Positions 24,014 through 35,753 of a DNA stretch of 64,000 nucleotides are shown piece by piece. The stretch is from Perkinsus chesapeaki ATCC PRA-425 (taxonomy: Eukaryota > Protista > Perkinsozoa): positions 1-64,000 of the forward strand of contig JAAPAO010000122.1 in assembly GCA_013115145.1 (NCBI GenBank). The letters are read 5' to 3'. The translations under genes were made by a program, and so were the position numbers. Every line of letters starts with the position of its first letter. The first letter of the stretch is position 1. The notes beneath the pieces are model-generated. The model was not told the DNA's origin and searched no databases. It saw only the letters and a list, made by a program, of their open reading frames with translations.

Positions 24014-27000
24014 TTCCCCCATTACTAGTCGTTGCGTCCCGAAACGACCCTACTGGTAAAAACGCAACAAACACTCCTAAATGCCGAGAATATAATCAAT
24101 GACTAAACAAGATCTAGACAACGATCCAACTTTTATTCACTTTAAGAACGCGTTTTAAACACTTCTCGGCCTTGATGTTTTCTCGAAAACTACTCCAGCA
24201 TTCAGCATATCCCCAAAAATGTTCGTTTCTCACCGGTTAACGGACAGAGGTCTTCTCCTTCCACCACCAACTCCTTATTGTCTCGAACTCCTCGGAGTCG
24301 GTACGAATAGGGCTCATCACCGTCAGCATACTAATCATCTTCAATACTGACGACTAGATACTCCCGTCGAGCCTGGTGGTCTTGGGAGAAGCTAGACCAT
24401 ACAAACACCTTGTCTCGAAGGACTATGGGCATGTGATTAAATCAAGAATGCTAAAATCCGAGTCAACACTCCCCCATTACTAACACAACCCTACAAATCA
24501 CCCAACCAACGAGATCAACTCAGTTGTCTTTCCTTAGTCTCTTGGTCGGCTGCAACTCGTTGTCTCGGTCTCCTCTCCCCTTCTTCAATGACGTCGCATG
24601 AGCAGCCATCTCCAACTTACCACCTTTTACTCGGTGTACAGGCTTCACCCTGTAACTGGTCGGAGACAACACCTTAGTCACTAGATATACTCCATGAAAC
24701 TTGCGTTTTTGGAACTTAGAACCATGCACAGTAGTCGAGGAATCTCGCTTAAAGGCAACCTTGTCACCAACCTGAACTTTCGCCACTACTATTCGTACTC
24801 GGTCTAGGACAACCTACCTGACACACTTCTTCAGGCTCCATGTCCTTATGTTCCAACGCTCGTTTCCCAGCTATGCTTGATGTGCTGCAAACCAAGCTGA
24901 TGAACCTCCTTCAAGTGCTACCGCAGTCGTTCCACATATGCTTGGGCTGCTTCTTGGTAGCGTGCTTGAGGTTTAATGGGTTCTGTTTGGTACACCAAAG
25001 CATCCTGGGGCAATCGTAGTGCTCGACCAAATACCATCTCTGCTGGCGAGACCCCTAGTGACTCATTGGGCAACTGTCCGATTGTCATTATGGCCATTGG
25101 GACAATCTCATCCCAACCATTCAGATCCTTGTTGAGGACTGGACGCAATCTGGACTTCATGATCCTCACCAATCTCCCTACTACACCTTCCGCTAGCGCG
25201 TGGGAGGTAGGACCTGCACGTCCTTGTATCCCCATCATCTCATACATTTTGGTTAACAACACTCCAGTGAAAGAGACATCATTGTCCGTTTGTATGACTT
25301 GTGGTAATCCAGTTACCGGGAACACTTCTTCTACCAGAGCTTTTGCTACTTCATCGGCTGCTTTAGAACTTGTGGCACTTCAAACGGAAACCTTGAGCAC
25401 ACATCAACCACTAGTAGTAGATACTCACTTCCACGCTCGGTCTCACACCTTCACGCCTTCCCCTTTATCCAGCTGACGTTGCGGACAACTTGCGACATAC
25501 TCTACTGATGTCTTCTTTCGCATTAGCCCAGTAGAACCGTATAAGTAGCCTTGTCGCCAATTTATTGACCCCACTGGGGGTCCCCCAGATGTCCGGCTGA
25601 TCTCACATCATGAAATTGCCGGAGGATCTCTTGCCTTCGGGATTGAGGTACTACAATTTTCCCATCATATCGTAATACTCCTACGTCATCTAAATGGAAT
25701 TTTCGAAAACTGTGACCATCACCGAAGGATTCGACTTGTGCGCGAATTGCCACAATCCCAGGATCTCCATCTTGGGTGTCTTTCCATTCCTGACTAGATG
25801 CTTCGAACTGATGAACCATTATCGATCCCACCAGCACATAGACTATGGCCAATACTAGCATAGGCAATTAGGTTACCTTTCTGCAGCAGTACTGCACCAA
25901 TCCCATATGCCAACGCATCCGTTTCTAGAGTGAATGTCTTATCCCAAGCTGGTAGACCTAAACACGGCCTTTCGACCGATAAGTCCAACACCTTCTCATA
26001 AGCTGCCTGACATTCTTGAGACCATACGAATAGAGCATCCTTTTTTGTAAGGAGGGTTAACGGCTTGACCAGATGAGCATATCCTTTGATGAACTTCCGA
26101 AAATACCAAGTCATTCCTAGAAACGTCTAACGCCTTTTACCGACCTCGGAGGTTATTCTTTCAGAGTTTTCTCCACATTGAAATCAGCAGGCTGCACTTT
26201 ACGATAATCAATCACCGTTCTGTATTTACCCGGACTTTTGGGTTTGCCAATCATCTAAGCCGAAGATGTCCACGGACAGTCCGTGAGGGACTGTCAGATC
26301 GTCGCACCAAACCGAGCTCCAACAGCTCTTCCACTTGTGTCTTCATCTCCGAGAGGCTATGGGTGAAGCCGCTTCACTGAAGCGTCTCCGGTGCCTATTT
26401 TCATAGCTTCCAGACTACAAAAACCGATTGACTTCTCACAAACTGTCGGGTGCTTGCGTTCTAGAGTCTCAAGTTTCACTCTGTACTCCGGTGAGAGGGA
26501 GTCGCATCCTCTTACAGAGGGTATCCAAGTATCCCATGATGACGCACTCCTTGCTCCCGGGCTCCATCTCAAAACTCTTTCCACTGTCGCAGGTAAAAGA
26601 CTTTCAGTGTTCTTTTACTTGCACAAAGCCGATACTTTGGGACTTTGCCCATGACTGAAACCTGTCAAGATCTTCTGGCATCGTTTTCAGGTCTTCGAAA
26701 CTCTTTTCCATTTGAAAAGGTATTGGAGGAGACACGAGTACCGTAGGAGTTGCGGATTCTCCTTCGATCTGCTGCTTCGTGTATCCTAGTCCTAGAGGTC
26801 GTACTACTAGCCGGGGGAGGGTTGCCATGTTAAGGAGGTGGAGGGAGCCAGGAAACTGACTTAGCCTCGGGGACTCCACTGCTTTTGGCACCCACAACCG
26901 CTGTCGGGGGAAGTTCATTCTCATCCAATTCACTTCTCTCTACACGGCTGGCTGGAGCTTTAGGAGCGGAAGTTTTGGGATCAGCGGGGGGGGGCGAACC

Positions 27001-27264
27001 ATTCCTCTTCTGTTAGCATCAGGCTCACTCTCCTCCTCATTACTCGCCACGGAGTATGCCGGCTCAGTGTTAGACTCGAACTCTTGTTCGGATTCGGACA
27101 CTAATAAAGAAACAACAATCTGCGATGAAGACTTTTACCGGACTTCATCGCACTAGGAAGTCCTTTTGTTTCACCTACCACTTATGGAAACAAATCATTA
27201 AGTTTGTTAACTCAACCTAACCCCTTCCTCAACTCGGGTCCAATCATGACTATACTGGAATATT

Positions 27265-27541
27265 TTGATCATCACAAAGGATCGGGTGGACTCAGAGGTC
27301 TGTTACCTCAAAGCTAATCGTCTCTTAAGGGCATGTTTCGTCCTCACCACAAGGACTCATCAGTGGCTAACAGCGCCAGACACACCTTAAGTCCACCCCA
27401 TACAGGTGGTTATCCAATTTACCCACAGGTATGGTACCTAACCCTGGAAATTTACTATCATTAAGAAAGCAATTCCAGTATAGGTATGTTACCAGGATAA
27501 CAACGATGCACGATAAGGTACGATAGCAGCTAACCGCCACA
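27265..27541 (-). repeat. 5' LTR (right copy)
   Basis: Second copy of the same repeat, followed by CCACT (27542-27546), which also occurs at 23732-23736 (candidate target-site duplication). Confidence 0.88.
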
Positions 27542-27924
27542 CCACTCATTTGATTCCATGGCAGTTGAGGAAGATGGACAGTTCGATTTAGAGTTGAACT
27601 TAAAGTTGGACGATTACAAACAGATGAGAAGCCAGTTTACTCGTCGTTGCCCATGATCTATCAACAAGCATTTTCAATAAATGGATTGGATTACTCTGGG
27701 AAGGGAGCAGCCATGAGCTTAGCTTGTCATTACAAATGGCAGTAATGATGCCAATATACATATTAATGGTATAGCTCATTTATACTAACCGACTACAAGT
27801 AGCTTAGTAGTCGAGTTTAACTGTGTACTGGATTTGAGCTCTCGAGTTGAAAAGTATCACTAACTCAACCAAGGCGTTATTAAGAATTTATAATGAATGC
27901 CAAAGTCTAAGATAATGCAAGCTA

Positions 27925-28923
27925 CTAAGCAGTCGGTTCACCAATTGGAGTTGTTCGAGGTACCATTTTGGGTAACGAATACCTGCAATAATCGGTCACC
28001 AAGATCACAGTTATTATCAGTTTACTTCAACAGAGCTTGAATTGCTATACCTTGAGCTGGTGGGACACGACATCTGATTGGCTCCCCCTCGGGAGAAGTG
28101 ACCTCAACCTGAAGGGTGTGGTTCTCACTATATGAGACCGCGAGGGTTACCATGAGGTGTCCTTTGTTCTGTCCGATGCGTGCATGGCTGCTCCCATCCT
28201 CCGATGCCCTCTCAGTACCAGTGAGAGGCTCAACAGCAGACTTTGCCTCGGCGTCACGGAAGTCCAGAGCCTGTATATGTCAATTGCCGATAAATATCCC
28301 ATATTAAACTCGTCTACCAGTATCTGTCCAGCACCTTTCCATCCGATGAGAAACTCATTAACCTTCGCGGGAGTTTCACCAGCTGCTGGTCTTGTAAGGA
28401 CGAGCTTCATCGGGTTGTTACCCGATTCCTGGAAGCAGCATGAAACAGGAGAGTGTAACGGTTCGACGCCTACCTCGGGGTTCCTAATTACATTACCAAA
28501 GTCGAGCTTCAGACGTACGTTTTTTCCATCGGCTTGGTAGTCAGTGTAATAAAATTGGTTCACAGGTAAAGCCGGCTTCGAGGCAGCCCCGAACTTGTTT
28601 CCACTCCAGCTCTTCTTATAGAATGAGCCGCCGCCATTTCCATTTCCCTTATTGAAGCTTGGACCATTGCCATACCGATTTCCGTAGCCTCCGCTACCAT
28701 AGCTGTTACCGTAGCCTTTATTGTAGCCATTGCCGTAAGTGTTACCGTAACTCTTCTTGTAACCACCACCATAGCTTTGACCATAGCCTTGTCCATTGCC
28801 ACTTTGACTGTAGTAAGTGCAAGAGGAGGCCCCAAAGCAGTTCTTCGACAACAGCAGTTTGGTTACAGCTCCTTGGAAGGGGCCTTGGCCGCTGAGTACC
28901 ATGAAGGGAGATTGGGAGAGCAT
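27925..28923 (-). CDS. 273-aa protein: possible organellar presequence, Gly/Tyr/Asn/Ser low-complexity region and candidate Whirly-like domain; exons 28923-28474, 28428-28318, 28270-28151, 28108-28026, 27982-27925
   Basis: Four canonical 42-47 nt GT-AG introns keep the frame (822 nt total). The gene model is well supported; the fold call is inference from motif layout only. Confidence 0.7.
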
Positions 28924-29169
28924 TCCTTCCTTACTCTCGAAACTTACTATGGTAGTAGCATTTGGTACGAACAAATCGAATCATCCCGAAAACACAATAT
29001 TGAAATATACTTAGATGATGCTTTAGTCTCAACATGAACGTCTCTAACATGAATAGCTATGACTTAACAGTGTACACATTACACCACAGGTGATATATAT
29101 AAGGCAAAGAACAGAAGATGAGCTCAACATTGAGCTCGTATAAGCATTAGAACATCTCGTCGCTATCGG

Positions 29170-32100
29170 TCATATCGCTGGCGGCGCCACTGCCACAGAC
29201 GCCTGAGATGCTAATAATAGTGATGCAACAGCTGCCTCGATGGCATCACCTGGATCACAGCAACGCCCTGAGCCGAGGCCAACTTCGAGATCAACTGCTA
29301 CCTGAAATCCAGTACGATATCATCTCCACTATAACGGCCTACAGGATACGACGCTTCATTCCCCATTAAGCTTTGTAAGCTGTCTCGCCTGGGGGACTCG
29401 GACGGCTGAGGTACCACATTGTATTGTGGAATTGATGTACCGAGCATCCCGACGTAGCCTTACAGTAGGGCCGACCGCAGCAGCTGCTGCTGCTGCCGGT
29501 GTCGCCAGTAAACACAAACTACCATTCGCTCCAGTGCAAAGTCTATCCCGCCACTCCTCTAATGTCCTCTTGTTGGGCAGGACCTTCACAGGTTACCGAA
29601 TGATAGGCACCCGCGAGCCGTGGGAGCGCTACACTCCTATCCTTGGTACTGTCCATTTCCTTGTCAATAAAGAATGTCCTCATCATCCCCTTGCCCTTAA
29701 TAAACATCTCTCCGCGGTCAATAAGCTCAAAGTCACCCTTGATGCGTTGAGCGGTAGCCTCCGAACAATGGACCTGCTCGGCACCTTAGCGATGCCAGCA
29801 CTACTGAGCTTCCACCTTCATGGGCTCCCCATGACTCTCCATTCGGGAAGCAGTATTGACGCAATCACCCCAAACATCATAGATGAACTTCTTACGGCCG
29901 ATGACTCCGGCGACACACGAACCAGAGTGGCAGCCGACTCGCAGTTGAAGTGGATTTCCCATATCATCGCAGAACCTACGAGATGCCCTACACTTAAGGG
30001 TTCACCTGTTCGTGCACCTACACGCCGACATCAGCCACCATGTCCAGGCCCATACGAGCAACAGCGTGAGCATGCAGTGGATGAGGGGTGGGCAGGCCTG
30101 CTGCGGCCATGTACCTTCGGATATGGTTCTCCCGGGTAACGCTAACCGTCACGACTCACGCATCACCGATGGTCTTGATCTTCTCCAAGCCGTGCTTTTC
30201 GGCAATGTTGTCGAACATAAAGAACAGCTCATTCAACAATAGCAAAACTTGTTCAGGCGGGACTCTTGAAGAGATGGAAGTGAAACCAACAACATCGGCA
30301 AATAGGATAGATGCATCGTTGTAACTGAGACACTCGACCACTAGGCTTTATCGGAAGACCCGACCGCCCATTACAACAATTACCAATCCTCAGCTACGTC
30401 CTACTCGCGCATACGAGCATCGTAGCCGCCGCCCGGACTTACAACTCGGCCAGAGCAGAGTGATAAAGCCCGTTGGTTGATGCATTTCCCCCAACCGCAG
30501 TGGCTGCTGCAATCCCAGCAAAGCTTCGACTGTGCGGTACGCCTCCCCGCTTCGATACCTTCCCTGTCAGAAGCTGCGCTTGAGAGGAAGCTGCTGCAAT
30601 CTGGACAAAGGGGATCGATGTATCTTCCTTACTGGAGGCATCACCTGCATTGTAAAGGCGGCTGAGTTCTGCGTATTTATAGCATAGCCACACTGCTGTT
30701 GCGCCTGAGAGAATCCTTCCCAAATGACATAACCGAGCAAGGTAACCCTCTCACTGTGCTAGGCACGTGAAGGTAATTAGACTGCCCGCAGTTAGTTTGA
30801 GCCAGCAGCTGCCCCACCGATGAAACGCCTGATATCCAGGTCGCTGACATACCCGCCCAGCGCCCCCTACTCCTAGCAGTGTTGCACACGGAGACTGCGC
30901 TCATATCCTGCTGCTGCCGCTCCTTCAGAGTGTCTATGATGCGCTTAGGGAGGACCTGGCCTTAAGAAACTCAGCCACTCCGGGATTCCGTTCTCACGTT
31001 TCTAAGTAAGCGATCGCTCCGCTGCGATTCTATAGTAACCATCAACGACTGCACGAAGTCCTTCCGGCCCAGCACCTGAATCAGCTGTACCGCACCCCTA
31101 GGCTCCCTCCTTACCTCGAGTGAATAAGTGAGAACGGCTATGAAAACGGCACTGGCGACCATGATTACCGGGTCTGTTGGTAGGTCGAAGAACTCGCCAT
31201 GTTGCCGCGCCACGGCGGGGAAGGATGCCCGCAGAGCCACGAAGAGTATGATTTGGTACCTAGCGGGCTTATTACGTCTGCCGTGCTAGACCAGAGACAA
31301 GCGTCATTAGGATATCAGTTCGCCTGCCTCGATCGAGCTTAAAAAGTCCCTTATCCAGTCTCCACAGGAAATGATAAACCTATTGCCTCCGTGAGACCAG
31401 CACTTGCCTAATCCCGACACTGTCATCAGAGGGCTTACACTGTCATAGCGACCATGAGTATGAATCGGAGCCTATAGAGGCACCCCGAGACCAGCAGCAG
31501 GATGCAGAAGGTGCTGGCTTCATCCATGGGCCATGTGTACCAAGGGATCAGCTTCGGGCCTAGATACCTGTACCACGAAATCCCTGGATCAGAGGAAGGA
31601 GCGGTATGACATCCATAGCAGCGACAGAGTGACGGTGATCCACGCGAAAACGCCCTGGAAGGACTGAAAACGCTGTACAAGCCAGCGCCGCGGGGCCCTC
31701 CTCCGGGACCGCAGGCTCGACGACCGGCTGCCTCCGATGCTATCGTGTGACGTGCGAAGCGAGACGCCGGCACCCTTCCTGGAGACCGGCTCTCGCATGA
31801 GAATAGAAACTGCAATAAAGTGAACCTACAATAACAATTGCTTAGCAGGAGCAGCGGAGTCTTACTAGACCAAGGTAAATGAGGGAATTCAGAGGCTCGA
31901 CCAAGAGGCACCTTCCGAAGGTCGCCGTCGGGAAACGGTCATGCAAGGATTCATACCTAAGATCGAAATATATTGAGAAGGACACCCATGGGTGGAAGGA
32001 TGGGTAGGCTAACTTAGTGCCGCAATGAGGAGGCCTCCGAGCAGCAATATTAGGCTGAGGGCTCGTACCAAATGTAAACTTCTATACGCTAAGTCAATTT

Positions 32101-33090
32101 GATACCTGCCCACCAACAGCCACTGTAACCAGTGGAAAGCACCGTTACCCTCTTTCCAGGCCGGGGTTTTCGAACTCCAGTGTCAGCCAATGCATGCTTT
32201 GTCCATGGCGAGCCCACAGCTCCCGACGGTTCAACTTGTCATAGAGTACTGCATCCCACCTGCCTAAAAGTGCACCTAGAGTATGCGGTATGGCCTGCCC
32301 TAATTACAGTATAGCTTGCCGTTCTTAGGGTTCCGGCAATCGTGGAGCTTCAGAGGGATACGAAGTGTCCAAGGCAGCAACGACACAACAGAGAAGTCCC
32401 ACCTAGCAACACATGCAAGTGCATCATCAGGCTAGGTCCAGTAATCAAGCCGCTTAATAGCGCCAATGCACTCGCATATGCCCCCCCTTCACACCAACTA
32501 TCGTCACCTTATCAGAGCCCCCTTGCCACGAGGAGGCGGCAGAGGGAAGGTGTCCCACTCCGGAGGATCACTAGCTCCACTGTTCTTAACATCTGTGGTA
32601 CCATTGAGGGTGCCTACACAATAGCACCACCCGACAACCCAACACCCACAGGCTTCCCACTCACTGGTGGAGCCTCTGTTCGTGACCCGCATAGCAGTAT
32701 CGACTGCACCAGGTCCACGCTCTAGGGATGAGGCTCTGATCGATCAGCTTTCGATGAGGGAATGTGATCGGGCTCGGGCTACCTTCCCTCCACTGAATAG
32801 ATACTGCCTCCTTGCTGCTCAATCATAGTTGAGGAGGACTTCCGAAACCGAAACAGTCCCATTTATGAGAATTTACTACCGCCCAATACCCGCCAGGTGA
32901 CCGCATAATAACTCAACACCGAAGCCTTCAGCCGTAGTATGAAACACACCTAGTGGAGAAGCAACAGCAGCATGATGATGAGCACCACAGTCCTCTGGTA
33001 GAACTGGGCACGACATCAGAGCAGTCGCAGCCTTGTAAAGTTACAAACGGCGATGATGTTATTATTGTGAACTATTAGGATGCTAATGAT
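29170..33090 (-). CDS. Membrane-anchored class III nucleotide cyclase, predicted adenylyl cyclase; both ends approximate
   Basis: Exons give [24 protein letters not shown] and [34 protein letters not shown]. Hydrophobic segments at 31000-31900 are followed by RLLRNVLPKRI. Confidence 0.85.
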
Positions 33091-33666
33091 GAGTAACAAT
33101 GATGGTGATAAGCCATCCAGACAGTAGAGCCTTCAAGTCAGCGAAAGCACATTGCTTGTGAGCCTCATCATGGACCCACAGCGGATGCCGTTGCGTACAC
33201 TAGTATGACTCTTGCCTAGTGATGGTAGTAGTATAGGATAAGTTTACTAGTATTATTATGATAAGTAGTACAGGATAGAGAGAACAGAAGGCAGAAGGAG
33301 AAGAAAGAATAGAAAGGATGGGGGCGGAAAATATAGTCGTCTTAACAACGACATCATCGCCTCATTACTATTATTGTTGCACTCAGCGAGAGCAAGCAGC
33401 AGGGTACGATACCTGGCCAGTACCATCAACGGACTAATGCCCGGATGAGGTAGATGAGCTAGGCATTAGAGATAGGAACAATAACAAGGGCGATAGAAAC
33501 ACTGCCTACATCCTCTTCTGGACAGCTGCTGAACCCATCAAGACCTTGATAATAATGATGATGACTGATCGCAAGGACCAAAGTCGGAAAAAAGGATTCT
33601 CAAATTCGTGGCATACCGACATCCACATCGATATCGAAGGGATGCCCTTCGCGGACCTAGTGGGCT

Positions 33667-35124
33667 TTAGTTGCTGTAGAAGTCAATAACACCAACGAGC
33701 GAAACCCAGGTACCGAGGACCAGCGACACGAGTCCAACAACCAGCATAACCCAGTACCACCAATTCTTCCAGACGAGCATCTTACCCTTAGAAAGAACAA
33801 GGTTGAAAGCAGCAGGCCCAAGGAAGCAAACGACAGACCCTGCAATGGCTCCGACTAGGCCCAAAATCATATTCACATCGGGCAAGGCCACAGCCACGGC
33901 GAAGGAAAGTGCAACCGTTAAGGTAGCAACAATCATGCCGACTATAGTACGGTGCTTCTTTGGGTTCAAAGTGTGAAGTATAGTAGTCCTGACAGGGTAG
34001 ATGTTGAGAGGGAAACAGCCAACGATAGCAACACCCATGAGAATGAATGCAATGCAGACCATGGGATCACCAGATTGAATCATAGGGCTCAGGCTTATGA
34101 GGACACTAGAAGCGATGTCATCACCGAAATTTATAAAGAAAAAGATACCAACAATCAGATACACAATGACACTGACGATCATAGATACAGCGGTGACCCT
34201 CCTCATAGCAGCAGGCTTCCGGTTAGACAAACCAACGTAGATCTCAGGGACATTAGGCTGACTGGCAAAGGCAAATATGTAGGTGCTGAAGGCAGACATC
34301 AGGGATCCCGCATTGATAGGGGTCCATGCCGTGTGCACATCGAAGGTATCAGAGACACCATAACGAGATAGAGTGTAGATGGCAGTTATCGCCAAGAAGC
34401 ATACTCCAATAGATCCCGCCATGGTTAAATACCTAATAGAGCCAATTCCCTTAAGCAAGGATATAGGTAAAAGAATTACGACCGTGACCAGGATACTGAA
34501 GTAGATCCTGTTAACGAACATGATACCGTACCATGTATCCGGATCAGGGCCGAAGGCGGCAATGAAGACGGGGTTGAATATATCGTATATAGTAACGATA
34601 TAAGCAGCTGCTGTACCAAAGCAGAATAAGAACATAGCTATTTGGAACAACCAACCCCATCGCTTGCCGAATAACAAATCCACAAGATCCTCATAGGTCT
34701 CTTTCTTGGCAATGTCCTGAGCTCTGACAATCATCTCCACAGAGAGGAAGGTGAAGAAGCACATAGCGCACAGAAGTATGGTACCAGCGATGATACCAGC
34801 GCAATACATTGTGTAAGGTATAGCTAAAGCGCCTGCACCTAATGTACCCTTCATAAGACTGAATGCAGCGGCGGCCTCAGAGCCCTCGGCAAGGACATCC
34901 CACCACTTGAACTTTGTAGAGCCTTGCTTCTTAACATCAGACTCACTATCAGAAGAGAGGTCCTTTACAGGTTGCTCTTCGTTGTGATCAGGCTTAGTGC
35001 TGAACACGCTCCACCACCGTTGCTTAGTCTGTTCCTCAGTGCCAGTTGATTGGCTCTGTTCCACACAGGCACCCTCTAGATCTGTGCTACTGGGTGACGA
35101 CTCAATCGTGGGTCCGACAGTCAT
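33667..35124 (-). CDS. Amino acid transporter, AAAP/Aa_trans (SLC36/38-like) family, intronless
   Basis: Uninterrupted ORF with KGTLGAGALAIPY, FAFASQPNVPEIY, FPLNIYPVR and GAIAGSVVCFLGP, and ~11 hydrophobic segments. First ATG at 35124. Confidence 0.92.
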   Translation of the reverse strand: MTVGPTIESSPSSTDLEGACVEQSQSTGTEEQTKQRWWSVFSTKPDHNEEQPVKDLSSDSESDVKKQGSTKFKWWDVLAEGSEAAAAFSLMKGTLGAGALAIPYTMYCAGIIAGTILLCAMCFFTFLSVEMIVRAQDIAKKETYEDLVDLLFGKRWGWLFQIAMFLFCFGTAAAYIVTIYDIFNPVFIAAFGPDPDTWYGIMFVNRIYFSILVTVVILLPISLLKGIGSIRYLTMAGSIGVCFLAITAIYTLSRYGVSDTFDVHTAWTPINAGSLMSAFSTYIFAFASQPNVPEIYVGLSNRKPAAMRRVTAVSMIVSVIVYLIVGIFFFINFGDDIASSVLISLSPMIQSGDPMVCIAFILMGVAIVGCFPLNIYPVRTTILHTLNPKKHRTIVGMIVATLTVALSFAVAVALPDVNMILGLVGAIAGSVVCFLGPAAFNLVLSKGKMLVWKNWWYWVMLVVGLVSLVLGTWVSLVGVIDFYSN

Positions 35125-35753
35125 CACTGAGTTCAAGGAAAACGATGAAGGCTACTACTGAGAAAATCGGATCTTATCACACGTAGGGGTTCCCCGTATA
35201 TTCCAAAAGCTTCCCGAAATTAATGTCTTCAAATCTCAATGATAGTTATTGCTATTGTTCCACATCTGCAACACCATTTTACTCAGGGAGGGGACAGCGT
35301 TGCACAATGGCCTAGCTTGGACTAAACCTGCCAATTACAGCACACAAAGAGGGGACAGGCTGTCCCGGACAGCGGACAAGTCAGAGTTTGATATCATCTT
35401 TTCACCCGTGGAACGCTATATCAAGTATTGAGGACGCATCAACAACACAACCAAGTGCATTTAGCGAGAGGAAACTTGCCGCCAATCCTATGTATGTCAG
35501 AAACGGAGGTGACTAGTGGCTCGAAGAACGAGTAAAAATGTCAACCATTACGACCCGTATCATTGCTGCTACATGGGACAAAGGGAAACAAGATACCTCA
35601 AGCTCAGAATGACAGATCACGAAGACCTCGAGTTGTAAAGGACATGCCATAGTGAGCCAGCGGAAGCACATTGCTTGTGAAATATATCCACAGCGGATGC
35701 CGTTGCGTTCGCTCCTAAAGGCATTACAGAATCCAAGTACATGGGATACAGTT

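Larger units (their letters stand above)
23737..27541 (-). mobile_element. Degenerate Ty3/Gypsy-type LTR retrotransposon (~3.8 kb)
   Basis: Direct repeats at both ends. Minus-strand remnants in Gypsy order: gag-like region (~26360-26930), RT N-terminal YRTVIDYRK, RT thumb/RNase H (FLGMTWYFRKFI..FTLETDA..GIGAVLLQ), integrase Zn region (EILRQFHD..AGHLG), integrase core (PQVIQTDN..) and a GPY/F-like tail (KFHGVYLVTKV). Stops and frameshifts throughout. Confidence 0.92.

Noticed and set aside
29426-30139. 237-aa plus-strand ORF
   Set aside because: Antisense to the cyclase catalytic exons.
33157-33181. Reading the spacer of the bipartite element as a tiny GT..AG intron or tRNA intron
   Set aside because: The implied introns (about 17 and 24 nt) are far below the 42-50 nt seen here, and no tRNA T-loop is present.
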